From Escherichia coli (GTDB taxonomy: Bacteria > Pseudomonadota > Gammaproteobacteria > Enterobacterales > Enterobacteriaceae), in assembly GCF_002310715.1 (NCBI RefSeq), contig NZ_CP023384.1: a stretch of DNA of 24,000 nt. One strand, given 5' to 3'. Below the pieces are notes generated by a model. It did not search any database. It was given only the letters and a program-made list of their open reading frames with translations, and was not told the DNA's origin. Made by a program: the position numbers and the translations under genes. Of the stretch, positions 1-8,093 are shown one piece after another; within the stretch, counting starts at the first letter, position 1; every line of letters begins with the position of its first letter.

Positions 1-1525
1 TAATTTTTTTGTTAATGTCAGCCCGGTACTTTTCATACGTTTTTAATGCCTCTTCAACATTACGTATTTTCTTCCCTTTAGCCTGCCCGGCCATCTCTCT
101 GGCTAACTGCTCAGCTTTTGCACCATATTTTTCTGAAACTGATTTCAGGAACTCTGTTGTGAAATTAATTGCGTCTTTCGTTGCCTTCAGTTCATCCTGT
201 TTTCTTTTCTCTTCCGCTATCTTCTGATTGATGCCGGCAAGCTGGTTACGGATATTCTCTTTTTCCTTCAACAGGGCATTAAGAGCGTCATTTGCATGCT
301 TTTGCTCATTTGTTCTGGCACTGAGGTTATTTCTCGCAGAATTTACCGCAGATTCAGCAGAGGTGATTTTATTTCTGGCATCAAGCAATCTTTGCCGTAA
401 CTTATCCCATTCAGCAACTTCAGCATTATAAATTTTCTTGTCACCTTCCACATCCTCTGTCACCACCGGATTCCGGTCATTCAGAATATTGCGTTTATAG
501 TCCAGACCGGAATGGGTCAGAAGATAATTCAGGTTTGCACGGTTATCGATGACTGCGCTGGTTGTGATTTTTATCGTACCGGCAAATCTCGGATCACCGC
601 TCACAACAATAGAATGATTTGTTGATGAACGCCCCGGGAATTTTTCAGGGGAAACTATCGTTTTGCCGTCAGGCGTGTTTTTCTGTTGCGTCAGCTGTTG
701 TTCAGCTCTGGTTAATGCATTACGGGCCGTGTTAAGCGATTCCGTCACTGAACTGAGTTTATTCCGGGCCTCTGAAATGGCCCTGTCATTCCGTGTCTGC
801 TGCCCGAGCAGACGGGCCTGTTGTGCATCAAGAACGGCAAGGGCTGCCCCGCCATTTTTTTCCAGCTCTGACAACCGCGTGTCCAGAATACCTTTTCTGC
901 GCTCGTATTCAGCAAGCATATCAGCGGCCTTCTTGTCTGCGTTCTGCGCATCCTTCTGCCGTTTTTCAGCCTGTTCGATTAACGACCTGGCCTCCCGGGG
1001 AGATATACGAAGAGAATCAGCATCAGCAAAGAGCATCCGGCTCTCTGTATGCAGCCGGAGGGCATCATATCCGGCGATTTCAGTACGGAATCCGTATTCT
1101 CTCAGCTCTGCCTGCAGGAGTCTGAACTCCTGTCGTGTAATATCAGCGGCATCTGCGTTTCCGGCACGGAGTGTTTTCAGTGTGTTTTCATCTTTTTCCC
1201 TTGCAGCAATCGCCGCAGAGAGGCGTTTTGCGGCTTCAGTACGCTTATTCTCATTCTCTTTCTGCTGCGCGCTGAGCGTCATTTTGTACGCTGTGATTTC
1301 CTTGTCCCTTTTTTCGATATCACTTCGGGTTGGGGAATCATCGACCCACTCGTTTCCGCCCCAGATGGTTTTGTTCCCGAAGGAACTCCATGCAGGCGGG
1401 GTACCATGAAAGACATCGACACGTGGAGGGTTTACATAAATATCAACAGCCATAATTTCATGGCCATCTGAATCATACCCCAGCGATTCTGCACCGGGAT
1501 TTGTAATACGTACAGGGTCAGACAT
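1..1525 (-). CDS. cia: Colicin Ia, N-terminal ~508 residues (partial, C-terminus beyond window edge)
   Basis: Reverse complement from ATG at 1525 reads MSDPVRITNPGAESLGYDSDGHEIMAVDIYVNPPRVDVFHGTPPAWSSFGNKTIWGGNEWVDDSPTRSDIEKRDKEITAYK... and stays open to base 1 (...TKDAINFTTEFLKSVSEKYGAKAEQLAREMAGQAKGKKIRNVEEALKTYEKYRADINKKI). Residues after ~430 match my recollection of Ia rather than Ib. SD GAAGGAGATACCG precedes the ATG. Absent from the ORF track because it is open at the window edge. Confidence 0.95.
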   Translation of the reverse strand, partial: MSDPVRITNPGAESLGYDSDGHEIMAVDIYVNPPRVDVFHGTPPAWSSFGNKTIWGGNEWVDDSPTRSDIEKRDKEITAYKMTLSAQQKENENKRTEAAKRLSAAIAAREKDENTLKTLRAGNADAADITRQEFRLLQAELREYGFRTEIAGYDALRLHTESRMLFADADSLRISPREARSLIEQAEKRQKDAQNADKKAADMLAEYERRKGILDTRLSELEKNGGAALAVLDAQQARLLGQQTRNDRAISEARNKLSSVTESLNTARNALTRAEQQLTQQKNTPDGKTIVSPEKFPGRSSTNHSIVVSGDPRFAGTIKITTSAVIDNRANLNYLLTHSGLDYKRNILNDRNPVVTEDVEGDKKIYNAEVAEWDKLRQRLLDARNKITSAESAVNSARNNLSARTNEQKHANDALNALLKEKENIRNQLAGINQKIAEEKRKQDELKATKDAINFTTEFLKSVSEKYGAKAEQLAREMAGQAKGKKIRNVEEALKTYEKYRADINKKI

Positions 1526-1578
1526 TCGGTATCTCCTTCATCCTCTGAGGAAAACAAATGAATTAACTGCTTACGCAT

Positions 1579-1594
1579 ATGGATATATATACAG
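1579..1594 (-). promoter_or_regulatory. LexA (SOS) box upstream of cia
   Basis: Minus-strand CTGTATATATATCCAT (extended TACTGTATATATATCCATATG) ~55 bp upstream of the cia start. Colicin genes are normally SOS controlled. The right half-site departs from the CTGT-N8-ACAG consensus. Confidence 0.7.
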
Positions 1595-1744
1595 TATTAA
1601 TTTATTAAGGAGAAAATGGCATGTCAAGATTTAATGATAGTGATTATCATTAACATGAAGTGGTGTTATACCGTTCAGAAAGCCTGCTGACGTTGTGGCA
1701 GCATCACAGTCTGGGTATTCTCTGGTGCAATACAAAAACCGGAC

Positions 1745-1776
1745 TTTCCCGTAACAACAGACAATGTTACGGGAAA
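1745..1776 (-). terminator. Probable intrinsic terminator of the DUF1173-like gene
   Basis: Perfect 11-bp inverted repeat TTTCCCGTAAC / GTTACGGGAAA with 10-nt loop, 28 bp past the stop at 1804. Minus strand continues GTCCGGTTTTTG. Confidence 0.55.
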
Positions 1777-1803
1777 AGTTACAGAACTGAGCCACAAAAT
1801 ATC

Positions 1804-3150
1804 TCAGTACCTGAGATGCATAAAAACACCGTACATATGTTTCTCAAAAGGGGGATGATCGTTATCCAGCCATTTCGGTGGATCGGTATGCAGAACACCA
1901 ATCTGCTTCATGCCGGTATGCTGCCTGGATTTTCTCGCGCAGTAATCACTGTCTTCATATCCCATCGTTTCGATGACCACTCTGGCCGTCTTTCCGTCAG
2001 GAGCCCTTGCTGTAACAATGAAATCCGGCAGTACATATTTCTTTTCACCATTAACATAAACTTCTGTATCAAACAGGGGCCTTTCCAGACTTAATTCCGG
2101 CGTACCTGGCTTTCTTTTAAGCCAGCAGGCCACATTCAGAAGAGCAGTGAGCGTGTTTCGTTCCAGTTTGCTGTCCACAGGCACCGGACATGTCAGTTGA
2201 TAAAGAGCATGAGCATACCCTTCACTGCAGATGATTCTGCCATCGGCACTCCGGCAAAAAGCAAGAATAACCCAGTAAGGGGGACGTATTCCGCCCTGCG
2301 CTTCACCATTAATACTGATCCCCCGCACAGGTCTGATGACCTGAATATTGCCGTTCGCCCAGTGAATTTCCACAGCATCACGACAGATGTGCTGCGCCAT
2401 AAAAATCTGAAAGAACATATGTTTTCTTCTGGCTGGCCAGTGTCGTTCTGAATTCTCCAGCGTTTCCATTAACCGCTCCTGAGACCTTTCAGACATTCCT
2501 GGCCGGAAATGGATAATTTCAGATAAGGATCTTCCCCGAATATACTCCTGCTGTAGTGTAACCTGCCGTATGGCATCAAGACACTCACGATAATTAGTCC
2601 GGATACGGGGATTAGCCAGAGAATCCAGTTTATTCAGCCCTGCATCTTCAATAAGCGACAGGAGTAAACGGCCAAGGCGCGGACGTTTCTTGCGAACGGA
2701 GGAGCGCTCACCATTATGGTAAGCAGAGCGGGTCTGCAGTCTGATAACAGAATTACTGTCATCAGGTGGTAAAAAGTTCCTGTAATTTATACGGGTGCTA
2801 ACGGGATGCCGGCTTGCTCCGAAGGATGTTTCCTCTTCATTTCCGGATAACTGACGATACATGGGGCATTCAGGTGCATGCTCATGATTAAAACTGGACA
2901 GATAAAGAGTACCCGTATTGTTTTTAAGAGCAGCAAAATTCATGGCCGGCGAATCTCCCGGAATACAGTCACACTGTAACCATGCATCATACTCACGCAT
3001 TTCCCGGAGAAGATCATTGGCCAGGTTATGTTGTGCCATGGTTGCTGGCTTTTTCAGTCCACAGACCGTCTTTACTGCAGTCTCTTCCTCACTGCTAAGC
3101 TCCCGAATCACTTTGCCTCGGGGATTCTTCTTTACAAGTATCATTGGCAT
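1804..3150 (-). CDS. DUF1173-like plasmid protein of unknown function
   Basis: Long ORF (track start 3219). The start MPMILVKK at 3150 has a good SD (AAGGAG). N-terminal YDAWLQCDC...HAPECPMY and C-terminal KYVLPDFIVTARAPDGKTARVVIETMGYEDSDYCARKSRQHTGMKQ resemble DUF1173 proteins. Confidence 0.6.
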   Translation of the reverse strand: MPMILVKKNPRGKVIRELSSEEETAVKTVCGLKKPATMAQHNLANDLLREMREYDAWLQCDCIPGDSPAMNFAALKNNTGTLYLSSFNHEHAPECPMYRQLSGNEEETSFGASRHPVSTRINYRNFLPPDDSNSVIRLQTRSAYHNGERSSVRKKRPRLGRLLLSLIEDAGLNKLDSLANPRIRTNYRECLDAIRQVTLQQEYIRGRSLSEIIHFRPGMSERSQERLMETLENSERHWPARRKHMFFQIFMAQHICRDAVEIHWANGNIQVIRPVRGISINGEAQGGIRPPYWVILAFCRSADGRIICSEGYAHALYQLTCPVPVDSKLERNTLTALLNVACWLKRKPGTPELSLERPLFDTEVYVNGEKKYVLPDFIVTARAPDGKTARVVIETMGYEDSDYCARKSRQHTGMKQIGVLHTDPPKWLDNDHPPFEKHMYGVFMHLRY

Positions 3151-3503
3151 AATGAAAGCACTCCTTATGTACATGCTTAAACAGTAAGTAAAATATACAA
3201 AGAACACCCCATGAAACAAAGGCAGAGATGAACTGTGCGCCCCGATATCTTCTTCTGATATCCTTTCAAATGAATTGTTTTTATTTATATCATGACAACA
3301 TTAATGTGAGAGAATATATCAACCATGTTTCGGTCAGGGTTCAGTCGAATATCAATTCGACTGTCACGCCATAACTGTTACTACCTCGAGTATAAATATT
3401 CAGAGAACGGACTTATTAACCATGAAAAATCACCTGACGGAAAATTTACTAATTTATGGATTGTGATATTATTAAAGAGTAAAACCAGCCAGCCGAGGTA
3501 TTT

Positions 3504-4164
3504 ATGGGAAAAAATCAGGAAGAAAGGAAAACCCCCATCATTGTGGTGAAAAAACGTCGTACTTTTTCGCCACCGTCCTTATCCGAAAAAACAGATATTA
3601 TCGCACCTGTATTTACTGAACAGACGGCAGAATCAGTTCCCACCGGAATAAATTCATCTGCCGCCGAAACAGATATCCATGAAGCGCCAGTCCGGAAATT
3701 GCTGTTCGTGGTGTCAGTCCTATGGTCTGGCGTCGGCTGAGGATTGCAGCCGATACATCACTGGCTGCACTTTATTTTATTATCCAGATCATTCAGGGCT
3801 GGGGCGATGACCACCTGCACCAGTTTCATATTTACGGTATCACTTACGAGGGGGCATTGGTTTTCCGAATAACCCGTTCCAGGTCGTGATTGATGATTTT
3901 GAGTTTGATGTCGGCGATCGCTTTACTTATGAATACAATTTCTTTGAGCACTGGATTCATGATATTCGCGTTGAAGCCATTTATGAAAACACCGAGCTGA
4001 AAACACCGTTTTGTATTAGTGGTCATGGTATGCCCGGAGCCACAGTTGCAGATGAGTTTGATAAAACCCTGGCGTTTCTTGAAGCTATCTACCTGGGCGA
4101 AGCCACTGAACATCATTCTGGCGATTTCAATAAAGGTACTTGCTCACGCTCTGTCATTTTCTGA
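3504..4164 (+). pseudogene. Frameshifted plasmid pRiA4b ORF-3-like gene
   Basis: Pieces in different frames: MGKNQEERKTPIIVVKKRR... (3504 on), then IAVRGVSPMVWRRLRIAADTSLAALYFIIQIIQGWGDDHLHQFHIYGITYEGAL, then NNPFQVVIDDFEFDVGDRFTYEYNFFEHWIHDIRVEAIYENTELKTPFCISGHGMPG. At least two frameshifts (~3690 and ~3865). Confidence 0.7.
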
Positions 4165-4394
4165 AACTCTTCATGCTGCATTTCGATTTTCCTTCTAAGA
4201 TCATAACTCGCATACCTGTTCTTTTTATGTATATCCATATCTATTTTTGTGACGAGTTCAAACCACAATGTTCGCACTCCCCATGCAGCGTTATGAAACA
4301 TTTCCGCAACGGCTTTAGAGTCAGTATTAACTGCTTCGGTCATGTAGTCGCTAATACGTTCTTCGGTAATTTTCGTTATTTCATCGTAATTCAT
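4113..4394 (-). CDS. Hypothetical protein, 93 aa
   Basis: [57 protein letters not shown]...; SD-like TAGGAGATAAA before the ATG. Confidence 0.45.
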   Translation of the reverse strand: MNYDEITKITEERISDYMTEAVNTDSKAVAEMFHNAAWGVRTLWFELVTKIDMDIHKKNRYASYDLRRKIEMQHEEFQKMTEREQVPLLKSPE

Positions 4395-4499
4395 TTTATC
4401 TCCTACAAGATTATTTAATGGAATGCAAAATATCTGGCCTGATAATAATGTTCCAGAATTAATATCTGCAGGCTATGTTAAGTTGTCCCCACACACAAT

Positions 4500-4775
4500 C
4501 TACCTGTTTTCTCGTGTGTGCCACAGGCGCAATACATAAATAGTCTGGCCATTAAGTTCGTAACGGATTTCGTACTCGCCAGCAAAAATCCGTCTGACCT
4601 CCCTGGGTTCAAACTGAAACAACTGTTCTCCCATACGTGGATGAGTTAACAGAATGACCGGTGCCTGTGTCAGGGACTGTACCGTTCTGGCGGCAGCAGG
4701 TTTACTGGCCAGCATCAGAAAATCATATAACCGCGCCAAATCAGAAAGCGCCTTACTGGTCCACTTCAGTTCCAT
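4500..4775 (-). CDS. RelE/ParE-family toxin
   Basis: MELKWTSKALSDLARLYDFLMLASKPAAARTVQSL...VRRIFAGEYEIRYELNGQTIYVLRLWHTRENR shows the ParE signature. It overlaps the upstream antitoxin stop by one base. Confidence 0.88.
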   Translation of the reverse strand: MELKWTSKALSDLARLYDFLMLASKPAAARTVQSLTQAPVILLTHPRMGEQLFQFEPREVRRIFAGEYEIRYELNGQTIYVLRLWHTRENR

Positions 4776-5053
4776 CAGCGTGGCACCGGTAACGGATTGT
4801 CCGTACTGAGGCTGTCCGCCCAGGCCTGTACAGCCTGATGGTCGATAATCTGTCCGGATGTCACATCGTCCAGGGCTTCCAGCGTCAGGCGATTACGCTC
4901 CTCCTCCTGGGCAAGCCATGCAGAAAGCGCCTGTTTGATAATCCAGCCCCGGGAGCGTTCCAGTCTGGCGGCCATCTGGTCGACTTTATCAGCCATAGGT
5001 AATGGCACATGCGCGGTAATTACTTTTGTTGTTTGTGCACTATTGTTTTTCAT
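4775..5053 (-). CDS. CopG/RHH-type antitoxin (ParD-like) paired with the ParE-like toxin
   Basis: VITAHVPLPMADKVDQMAARLERSRGWIIKQALSAWLAQEEERNRLTLEALDDVTSG, typical RHH plus toxin-binding tail. Directly upstream of and overlapping the toxin. Confidence 0.88.
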   Translation of the reverse strand: MKNNSAQTTKVITAHVPLPMADKVDQMAARLERSRGWIIKQALSAWLAQEEERNRLTLEALDDVTSGQIIDHQAVQAWADSLSTDNPLPVPR

Positions 5054-5811
5054 TTGTATATCCGATTAGTTTTTAATCATACTTAATCATAGTAATTATT
5101 TTCAGACGGAACAAGGCAAATAATGCGCACCTGCGCATGTAAGGCTGCGCACGGTGGTGATACTCAGCCTGAACACCAATCAGGAAGACGCGCTGCGGGA
5201 GGTGTCCAAATCCCTCAAGTCGGCCTTCTGCCGTTCCGGACGAAAGTGCCAGCAGGGCGTGGCCACCCATCTGTTTGTGTCGGTACTCTGAGGGGCATGG
5301 GGCAAAAACCTGAAAAAGGTATTCGCCTGGCTGCCCCGCTCCGGGTGAAAATGAATGTACAGCGACGGAATAGATAGCACTTTTTGCTAAAGCATTTGCA
5401 GCAATGGCATGCTACATTAACCTTAATGGGAATTTTCTGCCATTGGCAAATGCTATATTTTCTGTTAACATTACTTACATAGTATTGTTCCGTCCCGTTC
5501 CACCCAAACAAATCCGTTTATTTCCCGCCAGACTGGTCATCACCATTCCGGCCCGGATTTGTTTTGGATTTTTTTCCGGGGAGCACCAGGGGCGAGCTTA
5601 AAATCGGTATGACAAACAGGAGGATGTGAATGAACACATCATAGCAGAGCTGAAAGAGAAAACATTCTGTACGGTATCAACAGCGTTCACATCAGTGAGG
5701 CGCGGGGTACCTTTTTACGAAAAAAAACTGAGGTCAAGAAGATGCTCACCACTAACACATCAGTGTTAACACCATCCATCCGATGGAGGATATATGGATT
5801 TTCTGAACGAC

Positions 5812-6115
5812 ACCGAGGGAACGGTTTTATTCCCATTCCAGACTGAAATCGCTTTTGTTCTGGCGATTATCACCACCGCCAAAGACCTTTCTGTCGGTGC
5901 CTGGGGGGCACATCGGACAGAAACAATACTGGGGCGCCTGTCTCTGTATTTGGCTTCTGGTGGCTTACGTGGGACTCTGTGCCGCGGTGGTCTGGGCTGT
6001 AGCCCCCTGGCTTAAGGCCTTTATTGTGTCGAAATTCGCACTTTCGGCACTTTGGGTTACGCCAGTAAAGAGCGGACTACTCTGGGGTATCGGTAAGATG
6101 GTGAGAGCCATCTGA
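5812..6115 (+). pseudogene. Possible small membrane protein gene, read in two frames
   Basis: ATG after GGAGGATAT gives MDFLNDTEGTVLFPFQTEIAFVLAIITTAKDLSVGAWG. A shift at the G run (~5906-5912) continues into HIGQKQYWGACLCIWLLVAYVGLCAAVVWAVAPWLKAFIVSKFALSALWVTPVKSGLLWGIGKMVRAI (stop 6115). Confidence 0.35.
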
Positions 6116-6314
6116 CGAAAGTTTACTCTTCTTAAGTAATAATCCAAAAAGTTACACGAAAGAATGGTGTATGTCAACAGATATTCACCATCTCCTTACG
6201 GCGGTGGTCCCTGTGGCCACTGCCGCTTTCGCGTGGGTGCAACACGGCAAAACTCCTCTGTACAACAGGGACTCCCGCCGTCATTTTCCGGCACAGGTGA
6301 GGCCGGAATTGGAA

Positions 6315-6960
6315 CTAAAACGTAAACCGCGGGCCTGTCCGGTAGCGTCCACTATCGGCCAGCATTCTCTCAACCAGAGAGAAATCCTTTTCACCGCAGA
6401 ACACGTACTGCTCCGCGAACTTCACCTGCAGGGCGTTGTAATGCGTGACATGATCTGGGGTAAGCGGCATGAGAAGATAGTCCGTATACCTCCGGATATG
6501 TTCCAGTCTTTCAAAAGGCCGAATGTGACGGGGGATAAGATGCGGCGCTCTGGCAAGCAGATTGTGAAGATACTGCTTTTGACGAATCATCTGTTCACGG
6601 ATGGAGGGGCAATACATGGCCAGCATCAGCGTCGATGACAGGGGAGGTAAATCTGTATCCCGCGAACGGCTAGACCAAGATTACCGTACGGACCGAAGTC
6701 ATTACTGTTCTTAAGCACGACAGGATTATCTGATACGTAAAACGGACGTTCTGGTCTGGTGTCCAGAAGGTACCAGTCCTTTTTCAGCAGGTGATCAATA
6801 TGTGACATCTGCTGGACGACCTGCCGCAGAAAAATATCCTTGGTATCGCCCCCGGACGACAGGCCCAGAGTTTCCAAGGCCTGCTCTTTAGTCGAGCCAA
6901 TTGCCTCTATCTTATCGGTGAGCACCGAAATCATGCCTGAAATAGCACATGATATTAGTG
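6315..6960 (-). pseudogene. DUF4238-like gene remnant (frameshifted, apparently 5'-truncated)
   Basis: Minus-strand ORFs ...LLKKDWYLLDTRPERPFYVSDNPVVLKNSNDFGPYGNLGLAVRGIQIYLP and LSSTLMLAMYCPSIREQM...VTHYNALQVKFAEQYVFCGEKDFSLVERMLADSGRYRTGPRFTF join across a -1 frameshift near 6626. Confidence 0.6.
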
Positions 6961-7000
6961 CTAGGTTAGCATAATAAACAAAGCAAACATGAAAGGAACG

Positions 7001-8092
7001 ATGATGCTCAGCCAGCTTAACTTGCGTTTTCACAAAAAACTGATCGAGGCGCTGAAAGTGCGTGCCGGTCGCGAAAATACTTCGGTCAACCCCCTAGCCG
7101 AACGCTTCCTTGATGATGGCCTGAAAACGGTCGCGCCCGGCGACGGGTATTTTCAGCTTATTGCCGATCCGGAGGCCACAGTCCGGCAGCTGTACCGGCA
7201 CATCATTCTTGGCCAGACCTTCGGCACGTCAGCGTTCTCCCGCGACGAGTTGCGTTTTATGCTGGCTCATACCCGGGAAGCCTTCCTGCGCGGGCATAAC
7301 AGGTTGGCCACCCTGCCGGCTCTGGGCACGCTGCTCGATATCACCCGTGACCTGCTGGCCTGGCAGATAGAGCATGAGCGTCCGGTGGATGGCCACTACC
7401 TGAAGGGGATCTTCCGCCTGGCAGGAAAAAACTGGACGGAAGAGTTTGACCGGTTCCTGGCAGATCTGCGTCCTGTTGTGGATCAGATGTATGCCGAGCA
7501 CCTGCTGCGCCCGCTGGCGAGCGGCTGCTTTGAACTTACGGAGGTTCCAGACGCGGTCCTGGCGGAAATTTTTACCCTGCCGCGGCTGAATACCATATTT
7601 CCCCTAGTCCTGCGCGGGCTGGACTGGACTACAGACAAAGCCACAGCCCTCGCACAGGATCTGCGCCCGGTGATCCCGGTCGTGACGGAAACCGTCGAAG
7701 CCGGCACGCTTCGCCTCGATATCCGCATTGACGGCCAGCATCCCGGCGAGCGTCCGGGTGCCTGGTACAATACACCCCGTCTGCACCTGCTCATCACCGG
7801 CCAGGATTTTGTGGTGCCGTACGGCTGGGAAGTATTCTCTGAACTGCTGGGCCTGTTCACGCTTTATGCCCGTCATCCTGAAGCTCTGGCACACGGCCAT
7901 CAGGGCGAGCATGTAATGCTCTCTCCACCCGGACACGTAACGGCAGAGGGATTCTTCGGAATAGACGGCCTGCGGATTTTTATGCCGGCAGAGGCCTTTG
8001 AGGAACTGGTAAGTGAGCTCACGGTGAAATGCCAGGAAGGCCCCCTGGCGAAAGCCCTGACCGGCCTGCGCTGTCTGTACGGGGATTTGTGA
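7001..8092 (+). CDS. Protein of unknown function with ribbon-helix-helix-like N-terminus, first gene of KAP operon
   Basis: Track ORF 6989..8092. ATGs at 7001/7004 have an AAAGGA SD. N-terminus LNLRFHKKLIEALKVRAGRENTSVNPLAERFLDDGLK is RHH-like; the remaining ~320 aa is not recognised. Confidence 0.8.
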   Translation: MMLSQLNLRFHKKLIEALKVRAGRENTSVNPLAERFLDDGLKTVAPGDGYFQLIADPEATVRQLYRHIILGQTFGTSAFSRDELRFMLAHTREAFLRGHNRLATLPALGTLLDITRDLLAWQIEHERPVDGHYLKGIFRLAGKNWTEEFDRFLADLRPVVDQMYAEHLLRPLASGCFELTEVPDAVLAEIFTLPRLNTIFPLVLRGLDWTTDKATALAQDLRPVIPVVTETVEAGTLRLDIRIDGQHPGERPGAWYNTPRLHLLITGQDFVVPYGWEVFSELLGLFTLYARHPEALAHGHQGEHVMLSPPGHVTAEGFFGIDGLRIFMPAEAFEELVSELTVKCQEGPLAKALTGLRCLYGDL

Positions 8093-8093
8093 T

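Noticed and set aside
663-1409. 248-aa plus-strand ORF (MPSGVFFCCVSCCSALVNALRAVLSDS...) and overlapping plus ORFs over 9-1471
   Set aside because: Antisense to the continuous colicin Ia frame. Ser/Ala/Arg-rich composition is typical of shadow translation of a coiled-coil gene.
4482-4521. CACACAC...GTGTGTG inverted repeat overlapping the end of the ParE-like gene
   Set aside because: Low-complexity arms with a long loop and no T tract; not convincing as a terminator.
6171-6638. 155-aa plus-strand ORF MSTDIHHLLTAVVPVATAAFAWVQHGK...
   Set aside because: Most of it is antisense to the DUF4238-like fragment, which has the recognisable signature. The first ~50 codons alone are not enough to call a gene, though they cannot be excluded.
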